Shown here: piece by piece, positions 12,502 through 22,278 of the stretch | Layout of the letters: each line of letters begins with the position of its first letter | How positions within the stretch are numbered: the first letter of the stretch is position 1 | Assembly: GCA_010093995.1 (NCBI GenBank) | Contig: ML992516.1 | Coordinates: 185,413-249,412 of the forward strand | DNA length: 64,000 nt | Direction: 5' to 3' | Source: Elsinoe ampelina | Taxonomy: Eukaryota | Notes under the pieces: model-generated | The model's database searches: none | What the model saw: only the letters and a program-made list of their open reading frames with translations | What the model was told of the DNA's origin: nothing | Translations under genes and position numbers: made by a program

Positions 12502-14010
12502 CTACATCGTCATGCTACATGATTCCGTCAGCTTTGCGCTGAACGTGTCCCATCGTTTCGAGATCCACCCGCTGGTCCATAGCTGGGTGTTGAGTACTGA
12601 ATTCGGGGCATTGTTGCCGTTGTTTCCGTCGTCTTCCCATTGGTTTAAGCCTCGATACGTGCCGAAGCGGTAGAGTCGGCTGAGGTAGCATAGTCCCCCT
12701 TGGTTGATCACCGTGTCGTCGATGACGAAGCGTGCGTCAAAAGCCATGTGCGAGAATTGCATGCAGTCGCGGAAGGCGTTGCAGGCGCGGGCGCAGTCGT
12801 CGGCCGTGTGGTTGGGGTCTTCGGGCATGTCGGCTATGAGGCCTTTGTCTCGAGTCGCAGCATCGCGCCAGTCGATGGCCCATTCGCCGTCTTCGAGCGA
12901 GGCGCGGTTGTCCCATTTTTCGACTTTGGTGTAGGAAATGGGTGAGTCGGGGATGACGCGGGTGGTGCCCGGGTTGATAAACAAGAGCTCGTGGAAGAGG
13001 TCCTTGAAGGCGAGGAACTCTTTTGGAGAGAGGTATTTAAGGGCTTGTTCCCGTCCCAAGAGCCGAAGAGCCAGGTCCGAGGTGATGTTGGAGAGGGCCA
13101 CGACTGGTTCGCACCACATATTGGTTTGAAAGGGGACCAAGCCTGGATTCTCCCCAATCATGATCGGCCAGGTGTTTGTGAGGGTCAGGTTCAACTCTGC
13201 GTTGACGGCCGTGGCCACAGCGTGATGTCCACTCTCCATGAAAGGCATCCTCCTGTCCCACTCGCTCACGATAGACTTGCCAGAGCCCATCAATGCCCTG
13301 ACCGCCACTCCGGATAGTATGAAACCAGTCTCTCCATGTGGTATGTCCAAATCCGACTGTGGGATCCTTGTCGCTCTTGACAGAAATCGAGGTCTTGTAG
13401 CGTCCTGCTCTTCCAAATATCTCACAAGTCCCGGCCAGACATAATATGCAGAGGCGTCGGTAAAGACGTACCAATCCTTGTCTGGGTGCATCTGCCACAT
13501 CTTCTCCACCATGTGCATGAACTTGTACTTGTCCAGATTCTTGTAAGCCTCCCTATTGTCTACGGGTAAGTCTGATGACAAGACCGGCGTCTGTTGTACA
13601 TCCCTCACGCTCAATCCCGACTTTGCCAGCTTCTTCTGTTCTCGATATAGGGTAAAGTCGTGGTGGAGCTTGAGGAGGTCCGGGCTGATGTCTGACACGG
13701 CATCGTGGAGCTGGTACGAGCCCAATGTCTGTTCGAGGTCGGAGAAGAATACCAGTTTGTCTGATCGCAGACAGTGGAATATAGTCGCGACTCGATTCAA
13801 TTGTTCCAAAGAGGCTTCCGCGGCGCTCGTCTTCACCGCGACTGCAATGTTGCCCGGATCGGGGTATGCCGCACACCTCGCGTCGTCCTTTGTCGGATCG
13901 TGGTGAAAAAGATAGCCTCGCTGTGGTATTATGTTGCTCCCATAGATTACATATAGACAGAAGAAACACGCCAAAAGAAAAGCCCGCTGGATAGAAAGAA
14001 TCATCATCAT
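12502..14010 (-). CDS. Glycosyltransferase family 31 (fringe-like), divergent
   Basis: N-terminal TM anchor; IAVAVKT, FSDLEQ, LDKYKFMHM, PDKDWYVF, GFILS, WCEPVV, C-terminal CARAC..CMQF Cys cluster. Confidence 0.8.
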   Translation of the reverse strand: MMMILSIQRAFLLACFFCLYVIYGSNIIPQRGYLFHHDPTKDDARCAAYPDPGNIAVAVKTSAAEASLEQLNRVATIFHCLRSDKLVFFSDLEQTLGSYQLHDAVSDISPDLLKLHHDFTLYREQKKLAKSGLSVRDVQQTPVLSSDLPVDNREAYKNLDKYKFMHMVEKMWQMHPDKDWYVFTDASAYYVWPGLVRYLEEQDATRPRFLSRATRIPQSDLDIPHGETGFILSGVAVRALMGSGKSIVSEWDRRMPFMESGHHAVATAVNAELNLTLTNTWPIMIGENPGLVPFQTNMWCEPVVALSNITSDLALRLLGREQALKYLSPKEFLAFKDLFHELLFINPGTTRVIPDSPISYTKVEKWDNRASLEDGEWAIDWRDAATRDKGLIADMPEDPNHTADDCARACNAFRDCMQFSHMAFDARFVIDDTVINQGGLCYLSRLYRFGTYRGLNQWEDDGNNGNNAPNSVLNTQLWTSGWISKRWDTFSAKLTESCSMTM

Positions 14011-14818
14011 GGTTTCGTCAAGGACAGAGGGAATGGGGTGCTAGAGAGTGAAGCAACCGCATCAGCGGTGAGGGATAGGAATGCCAGAGATGTGAGAGAA
14101 AGATGCAAGAGGAAAAGAAACAAGACTTGCACCAGGGATAATATCCACTCCCGTTGAAAGACATTAAGCCTTTTCCCCAGGTAGGCGATAACAGACCAAG
14201 GCTACGCTGCAGGGCGGCGGTTTGAAAGGAGAGCCAACAGTCGACCAACAGTGAATTTCCAGTGTAGCCTTTACTTCGTAGGGACTTTGGGCCCCGCACG
14301 TTCTTCTAGCCGCTCCCAAAGGCACTGAAAGGCTACGCCGCTTTGGTCGCCGAGACCCACAAAACCGAGATGAAACAGAGGTGCGAGGCACTTGTCCCTC
14401 TTGTGAATGGTGCGGCAGTGACCGACGCCATCGCCTTGCTCGACTGGAGTTTCTGGACGTGGTTGGAATCGACGCCCGTCGTTTGATCTTCGTCCACTGC
14501 TCCAGTCGAGATATGTAACAGCACGCCATCCAACACCTGTAAGCGACATGGGAGTCTGCGACGGTTGGCGACTCGAGCAGGCATGTTGCGAGATACCGGA
14601 CGTTTTGCGTTGCATATGAATATCCGAAAAGGACAGCATGTAGAGCCGAGATCCAAGGATAAAATATTCGTCGAGGACCAACATCCGAAGAACCATGTCG
14701 CGTGTCGATCGTTCGGTCAATAATATGCAGATGGAAAGCACTGCCGAAAGTGACGGTCTTGCTGGAAACAATCCTGGTGGTAGGACAGGTTGTACCATAC
14801 CAACTGTCAGTAGGGAAA

Positions 14819-15225
14819 CCTAGTAGTGTCCTGAAAGAAAGTACTACCAGAATGCTCATGCAGGATCATGGAGCAACAATGTTATAGTTTTTGAACCTGA
14901 TAGTCTGATAGCGCAATACTACCAGAATGTTGAGGCGACTTCACAGGAATAGCATAATTACGGTCAAGTCGGGCATTGTCATGTCAGGTACTACTACCAG
15001 AAAGCCAGGGCAAATTCCACATGAATAGCACAGTCATCCTTAGACCTAGTGGTATATCTCTAGAAAGAACTACCAGAATGCCAAGCCATAAACAACACCA
15101 TGAGATTGGCATTGAGCCTGGTAGGATCAGATCAGAAGGTACTAACAGGACCAGGAGAGCTTCACGCAATATGACAGAATCGTCCGAGTAACTGGTGGTA
15201 GATTGCACCAAGAACTACCAGCTAT
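14819..15225 (+). repeat. Periodic motif array B: CCTRGTRGT-N13-15-ACTACCAGAATG at ~75-bp spacing
   Basis: Core at 14843, 14918, 14993, 15069, 15141 (ACTAACAGG), 15214; gaps 75, 75, 76, 72, 73. Degenerate inverted partner 22-24 nt upstream at 14819, 14896, 15045, 15117, 15191. Confidence 0.8.
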
Positions 15226-15426
15226 ACTACACATGCCCCTCACACCATGGAGAGGCGGAAGCCGCACACATGCCTCTCCTTCCCAACAGGCACTGCAGGT
15301 GCCACTGCGGCACGCGGCGCATTGCTTCCCCCTTTCACTCCTTGATTAGCCCTCCCATCCGCTCCTCCACCCCCTCCTCCATTCTCTACACCTTCCTCTC
15401 GCCTTTCCCTCGCCTACATCTCGCCC

Positions 15427-15446
15427 NNNNNNNNNNNNNNNNNNNN
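15427..15446. other. Assembly gap (20 N)
   Basis: Run of N inside a C-rich tract. Confidence 0.99.
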
Positions 15447-16007
15447 CCATCTTTCTCTCCCCCTTCTATCCTCCCTTCCCCGCCACCACGGGCACCGCCA
15501 TCAAACCCTCCAGCATCCTCGCCGTCCCCTCCCCCTTTTCCTTTCCCCTCTACCCCTCCGCTTGCCCCTTCACTTCCTCCCTCGCTACTGCTCGAATACC
15601 AACCACTCTCCGCCCCCACAACCCCAGCCGTAATGCAGGTACGGCGTCGAGGGAACGTCACCTTCTGGTAGGTATGACTGGAATGGAGGGTGAGGGAGGG
15701 CGTAGATCTTCCTAGGGAAAGGAGGGGGAGGTTCCGTGGCCGTGGTGGCCAGTGGCGTATGGTGCTGCTGGTAGGAGTGGCGGGTAGATGAGATGCAGCG
15801 GCCTTGGATGAGCTGAGAGTGAGGTGAGCCTGCGCTGATTCCAGGACATGGCAGACCAGCAGCGGTCCTGTGGACTTGGTCCCTTGCTGGAGGCTCTGCT
15901 TCTTTAATCTCGTTTCCCTCACGTGTGCTGGCAGACAATAGCTAGCTAGGAGAAAGTGCAATTTGCCATTGTGGGATCACATGTCAGAATGTCCATTGAT
16001 CTGCCAG

Positions 16008-16901
16008 TCAACGTGGCTCCGTCCGAATTCCGATTTCTGGCCCATCCAGAGTGTCCCCAATCTCGACCAATGTCTTGTCATATACCTTTGCGACGTCCAT
16101 ATCCCAGCCCTCATCGTTTGTATGTCCAGCATCGTCGACATCATCAAGCACCAGGTCACCTTCCAGATCCTCTTCGGCCTCATCTTCTTCCTCTTCGTCC
16201 TCAACATCGCCAGCAGCCATGACATTCGCCACGGATATCCTGGTTCTTTCTATCAAGCTCTTGATGCGCACTTTCTCCGTCGTGCTCACCTTGCGACCAG
16301 TCGAGAAGCCTGGAAGCGGCTCCCCAGTATCCACATCTCGACCTTGGAGTAAGGAGGCGAACGCATGGTCGAGCTTACCGATCGAACGAAAAAGCTGTTT
16401 TGGGGAAGCAGGAAAAGCAGGTATTATTGTGTTGACCAGGAGGGCGATTGAGATAAGGTAGGGGATCTGAAGTGAGGCTAAGAGGAGTCAGCGGCTATGT
16501 ATACACAGTATGGACAACGACGTACGAGTACCGCTTATCCAAACGATTCCCAGCAGTTCTTCCACATCACGCGACGCTTCTCCAAAAGTGGTATAACCAG
16601 GAACATCTTGCCATTGCTGCGATTTGTCAAGCTTGATGCTTGCAATGCCAGGATCTATTGATCGACCTTGCTCATCCGTCTCCGGGACTCCGGCATCAAG
16701 TTTTGTATCACGCTTTGCGAAACGTCTTTGGATGTACAAGATTTGTTGATCTACAAACCTGATGAAGCTCGACTCTTTTGACCCACCAGGTTTTAGAGGC
16801 GATGATCGGGGCTCCGGTAGAGCGTTGAATTGTCTCGAAGATGCTACAGACGACGGTGGGGGCGAATAGGGCAGAAAACCGCCAGCTTCATTCATTGACA
16901 T
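16008..16901 (-). CDS. TFIIH subunit Tfb6-like protein
   Basis: LPEPRSSPLKPGGSKESSFIRFVD...RRFAKR. Intron 16478-16525 gives WISGTPSLQIPYL. Also KLDHAFASLLQGRD, VSTTEKVRIKSLIERTR, acidic tail and VYDKTLVEIG. Confidence 0.7.
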
Positions 16902-17258
16902 GAGAGAATTGATCAACGAGCCGTGTCAAAAAGCTTTTGGAAGCTATGGTGTGTTTGAAAAAGCGAGCTTGACGGAGATGCCCCCGCAAATGGCGGTCCA
17001 TCGCCCTGACGCCAAGTACACGGCAGTGCGGATAGTCATGGACGGCCCTCATACTTCAACCTCATATCCGCCCAGCAATCGTTGTTCTACAGAGCTCAGA
17101 GTAGTCTCTTTCGAGATCATATTCTCAAAGATCGCAAGGAAGGTCCAACCCAGCAAGAGCACGCAGTAGAAGAAGATCCCAGGGCAAGCTCCACTTGCTC
17201 ATTGTAAGGTCTCTCAAAAAAGACTATATATTTTATTGACGTCTCCCGCAATCAAAAT

Positions 17259-17387
17259 GGCAACGTGGCGGAGTGGTTAACGCGCGGGCCTGCTAAGATA
17301 TGTATCACAATTCTTCACAACGAATCTGCGCTGACTCTCCTTCACCCCGTTCCTTCGGGAGCGAGTGTTCGAATCACTCCGTTGTCG
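17259..17387 (+). tRNA. tRNA-Ser (anticodon GCT at 17292-17294) with a 48-nt intron
   Basis: Acceptor stem GGCAACG/CGTTGTC plus G73; A-box TGGCGGAGTGG; long variable arm TTCC-TTCG-GGAG; T arm GAGTG-TTCGAAT-CACTC. Intron is 17296-17343 (37/38 model) or 17298-17345 (AT-AC model). Confidence 0.93.
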
Positions 17388-17398
17388 ACCGAGAAATC

Positions 17399-17405
17399 TT
17401 TTTTT
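17399..17405 (+). terminator. RNA polymerase III terminator (T7)
   Basis: Run of 7 T starting 12 nt after the tRNA 3' end. Confidence 0.75.
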
Positions 17406-17800
17406 CATCATGGGTGGCCGTTGTCGTTGTAGTGAGGTCCAAATGGGCATCTCGGGCTTTTTGCTTTTGGGCCCCAAATAAGAGCAGTGCATTGTGAGCA
17501 CACCTCTTTTTATGAAAAGGGGCTTGAGCTTGGAGGAACGATCACTCCAGCATCCTATCAAAATTCATCACCGGTCTGCTGTAACCTGCTTCACACCTGC
17601 GAATCGTCGGAATCTCAAGATGCCATCAGCACGATAAACACACCGGATCAGTGTCTTGGATGTCTTGACATCTACTACATTGTGTCTGGCTCCAGAGGAG
17701 TGTCGACGCATGGGCTTGACAGCTTACCGATTACAACCCTAGCGAGATCTTCAGACTTTGAGTGCAGCTTCTTCCTGATCAAGATCCAGCGTTGGTTGAC

Positions 17801-20428
17801 ATGGCTCGAAGACCATCTGGTCAATCGCGAATAGCAGACAGCGCTTCAGAGGTACAAGCAAACATCGAACAAGCTACCGTCCGCTTCCACGGTTCGAGTC
17901 TTACCAGTCCAATCGGTGAGCAGATACACAAGTTATGCAGTCTCCCAATTGTACGCGAAGCTGTTGTACGAGACCTGGGCACTTTTAGGCTCAACCACGC
18001 CCGAAGGGTTTTAGCGAGTGTAGCTCAACGTCGCACTGAGCTGTCGGAAACACCTTGCGAACGATGTCGCAATGAGGAAGGGGCTTTCGTTGAGTGTGCA
18101 AAAATTCATGCTGCGGCCAAGACATGTGCGTCCTGCTACTATCTGGCAGTCGCATGCAGCAACGATAGCAGTACGTTCATGCATCTCAGAGGATTAAACC
18201 CAGCTTCTGACCTGAGCACAGGAAAGAGATTTGCTCGCAGCTGCGCTGAAAGGCCAAATGATGGACGAACAGATCCATGCAAGAGAAGAGCTGACAGTAA
18301 TGAACACAGGGTGAAGTCGCCGAGTGGCCGGCAGTCCGCCACATTCAAGGCACCAATTTCATATGCTGGTGTGCACTTGAAAGGACCTGGCATCCGCGGG
18401 GACTTCAAAATCATGGGTGAGCTATTCCTACCCGACCCACATCTAGCAGGTCTCTCGGACCTGCACCTGAAAGTCATACAAAAGATACTGCCGGGTCTGC
18501 GAGCTTTGGAGTCTCGTCCGCACGGTTGTGAGTCTCAAATGACAACCCCAACGGGCACCGACTGATGAACACAGGCCTGCGTAAGACTGTCCACGACATC
18601 TACTCCAGTTTCACCGACTTTCGGACCAGTGAAGAAGCAACATGGAAGGTTCTCGAGGGTCAAACCTCTCGGCTTTCGAAGGAGCCATATCTTGTCTGTC
18701 CTTCTGGACCACTCGAATCGCGCTTGATCCATCGGCTGCACCAGCCGTCCATGCATTGCGCCGATCCCTGTTTCGCCGAAACCGCCGACGCCTCAAATGG
18801 ATGTATAGCCATGGTGATGGGCAATGCCTATTGCCGGGAGTCTACGATGATTATCGATAATCTGCATCGGCGCCACATGCAGTCAGAAGGATACCGGGAC
18901 TACCCTGCTGAAATCACCGCGATGCATGAAAGATTCACTCAGAGCATCATGGACTCGTCGGAAGCTAAAGTAGAAGTGGTCTATGGTAAAAAGGTTCAAG
19001 CAAGGCTACGTGACATCCGGTGTGATGTGCTCCCTCTTTGGGGCTGTTATCAAGGTGTAACACTTCTGCTCGTTCACGAGTCTAATTACGGAAACGCCTT
19101 GGAAGATTATGCGTACCGTCGTATCATGCTTTTCGCCACTCATCCTCAAAGGCTTTTCTACGAGCCCCGAGGAAGTCCCGTGGCGGACATGCAGGCCAAG
19201 ATTCTATCAGCTACTGCCTGTATGGCTGGCAGTATTCCTCTAAGGGAGGGCTATTTTGAGGATAAACTTTGGATCAACGACATGCCAGGGGTGATCCAAA
19301 ATATCGCCCGTGCAGCTTTTGCTGACTGCAAGGTTGGACATGAGCGCTCGGGCGACATTAGAGCCCGTGATAGTTGAGGATATGGAGGAAGTTGTAGAGG
19401 ACGATGAAGGGGATTCAATATGGTACAGTAGACCACATAGCAATGCGGTCCTACGGAATCTCGTCTGTCCTGCTTTGAGCGCTTTGGACCGGCACCCTAG
19501 CGATATCGACGACTGGTCCGCTGTTCCAACCGAAACATTCGAATGGCTCAAGGGTCAACGGGAGATAGCATTTTACAATTCTACAGTGCGAGACATTCCC
19601 GACTTGGTGAAGTCGCTCAATGTCATATTTGGGACGCGGCTCTGTGCTGAGGGCAAGGCACCATTCCAGTCTCCGAAGCTGGCTCTACGACAGCTCTTAC
19701 GATGGCAACAAAGTGACCTGGAAGCGATCGCAAGGGTGGCTCACGAAGACTACTGGCATAGCCGTTTCGACGACTGTGAGTTGCTCATATGTTGCGAGAA
19801 ATGTGGCGCGCTGTTGCCGTCGGAGAAGCATTACAGATGGATGGTCAATATGCCGGGCCACCTCGCTCTGAGCAGGGAGAAGCATTGTTCTTCCGACATG
19901 TGTCAAGGAAGGAGCTCTCTATCCGTGCCTGTGGACAGCAATGTGAGATACATTAGAATCAAGGACGCTACCACATGGCTACGCACGGAAACACAGCAAG
20001 ACTTTGACGTACGGCCCTTTCAACTTTCAACAACAAGCATACTCAAGATGTCTTTACCCTCATTGGTGCGATATTGGTGCATCAAATGTCGTGAGGACAC
20101 GGAGACCGCCACTGGTGCCCGATATTGGGTAGACGAAAATCCGAGATGGACCCTCGGGTTGCAGAAACCTCTATACATCGAACGAAAACCAAGATGTCTC
20201 AATTGCGTTCGAAATGGGATTACTTTGGGAAGAAGCGTGCCGATTGATGGAAGCATTGGCTCGATCTATGCATCACAATATAAAATATACCTCGCGCCCT
20301 TTATGGATTTGGACACACGCACACTTGCCATTCTGGCGGACAGTATCCCACCATCCGTACGGTTTCCGCGGATGATGAATAGCAAGCGCAAGGAGAACTC
20401 GTCAAACAAATTCAGAACCAAGGCTTGA
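17801..20428 (+). CDS. Mosaic protein: DUF3716-like Cys cluster + uracil-DNA-glycosylase-like fold + two zinc ribbons; frame break near 19310-19377
   Basis: ORF 17762-18565 (CERC...GAFVEC...CASC...CS) has an in-frame intron 18171-18221. Intron 18528-18574 (GTGAGT...ACTGAT...CAG) joins it in frame to ORF 18565-19377. ORF 19310-20428 (+1 frame) has CEKC/CSSDMC and CIKC/CLNC. Start codon uncertain. Confidence 0.55.
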
Positions 20429-20864
20429 GCAGAAATCTTACAATCTCGAATGTCTAGCGGCGGATCTGCCGCACCCATGTATCTCATGTTGTAGACATCC
20501 CTCAATATCATAGAGCGCATGCACTTCGATACCTTTGACGCCGGCTTTGATTAGAGCAAAGCCGCTTCATTACAGAAGTTCCCGAAATGTCTGCTTTTGC
20601 TGACGGTCTGTGCGCGTTCACATGTCAACTGTTCTCCGCAATCTGGTTCCAAAGTTCCCAGGCCGAGGGTTCTCCAAGGGGCAGCCTCTTGCGGCCTTCT
20701 CACACTTCATACATCAAGCACCTGCCCCATCCGAGCCTGCTGCTGCCAGACATCATCCTCGCCCATTTCGCACGCGGTCAGCACGCTTGCTATACAAGCC
20801 CTCTCTGAACTTACCCGAAGCTCTTGCCAGTTTTCCGCAAGCCCACCGAATTGGTACCAGAACA

Positions 20865-21350
20865 ATGTCACTCAAGAACAGTATGACGTGACCTGAGAGG
20901 CGTTGGACGTATATTGATGAAGCCAGGCGCCTTTCCCTCCTCAGCAGGTTTCGATGCTATCAATGCTGCATTGAGCTCGTCCGAAGCTGAGCGCAAGGAT
21001 GCCATCAAGAAGGGAGGAAATATCTTTGGCTTCACCCTCAAGAACACGGCCGGCGAGACCGAGAGCTGGTACATCGATTTGAAAGAGACGGGAACTGTCG
21101 GAAAGGGTCCAGCACCAGAGGGAAAGAAGGCTGCAGGTAAGCGATATCAAGAGACATTACGTGAGATTGGCTGACACCGACGGTAGTGACGCTCAACCTC
21201 TCCGATGACGACTTTGGCAAGCTCCTGACGGGCAAGGCGAATGCTCAGAAGCTCTTTATGAGCGGCAAGCTCAAGATCAAGGGAAATATGATGTTGGCGA
21301 CCAAGCTGGAGCCCGTACTCGCAAAGGCAAAGACCTCGGCGAAGCTGTAG
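20865..21350 (+). CDS. SCP2 sterol-carrier / fatty-acid-binding protein, likely peroxisomal
   Basis: Introns 20881-20926 and 21137-21186. [35 protein letters not shown]-terminal AKL PTS1-type signal. Confidence 0.92.
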
Positions 21351-21484
21351 ACAACTCTGTACAATATAATCTATCCAAACCCGTATGCTTCTCATCAGTG
21401 ATCGTGTGAGTATAATATGCTATGCCGTATGCCTCGTGTACTTCCTCAACTCCATAAACTCATGAGACGCCGTATATGATCCAT

Positions 21485-22278
21485 CTAGTCGACTCTTCGA
21501 AGACCGACGACCCTAGACATCCTATCCTCAGTGACTGCTACACCGTGTCTCATATCATCAAGGAGGTCTTTATAGGAGTGGAGCATACAAGCAATCTCAC
21601 CAACTTGCCGGGCTATCCTTCGAGTTCTGGTCCTGTCAGTAGCTTCCTTCTCACTAATGGTAGCACTTACTGCACCCTGTTCACTGCGTTCAACATGTCC
21701 ATAGCCTCACTCCGACAATTCAACCAAGTGAGTCTTCTCCTCAAGCTGATGGTGCTGTATAGATCTTCGACTCTGTCCTCATCACTTTCATATCCATCTG
21801 ATTGATACCTCTTCGCCTTCTCAAAGTCATACTCGCCCCCTGGTCCACGAGTACCACTCCTGCCCCTACTCAATCTCCTCCTCTGCCTCGCCTTCCTTTT
21901 TGCTAATTCATTTTCATCCGCCAAGAAAGGTCGCTCCATATCCTCAAACCTCCTCGTCAGTCGTCTGACCGTGGTCTGCAAGTTCCGAAGAGCAGATTCA
22001 TCCAGCTCGGGGCCCTTGAAGACGTCCTGAGAACGCTCAACACCTCGTGATCTTCGATGTCGTTTGATTTCCCGCAACGAACAGCGCTCTTCTTCCAGCT
22101 CTATCCGTAACGTGGTGAGTATGTTTTTGGATTCCCGGCCTGCTTTGAACGTGGTGGTGATGTTTTCCCAGAAGACCCTGAGGAAAGTCAACAGGGTAAA
22201 GGCGAAGGAGATGAAGCCTGTTATGCTCGAGGCGAAAGACAGAGGAGCGAGTTGGGCTGTGGAGTTGACTATGCCCAT
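21485..22278 (-). CDS. Conserved fungal hypothetical protein with N-terminal TM helix and coiled coil
   Basis: ASSITGFISFAFTLLTFLRVFWENI. Intron 21626-21670 continues the frame as VQTRRIARQVGEI...RVVGLRRVD*. Confidence 0.7.

Noticed and set aside
11457..12542. 361-aa Pro/Gly-rich ORF and overlapping ORFs
   Set aside because: Composition is explained by the C-to-G skew tract and the array; no domain recognised.
14819..15225. Bona fide CRISPR array
   Set aside because: Eukaryotic context, low repeat identity, partly related spacers and no cas genes; kept only as a periodic array.
15195..15961. ORFs spanning the N gap
   Set aside because: Low complexity, interrupted by the gap, no coding signal I can support.
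18563..18567. TGATG stop/start overlap suggesting prokaryote- or virus-like translational coupling
   Set aside because: It lies inside a well-formed intron (18528-18574), forming its ACTGAT branch site; splicing fuses the ORFs in frame.
17400..20560. Transposon or Starship insertion at the tRNA
   Set aside because: No transposase, integrase or tyrosine recombinase motif, terminal repeats or target-site duplication seen.
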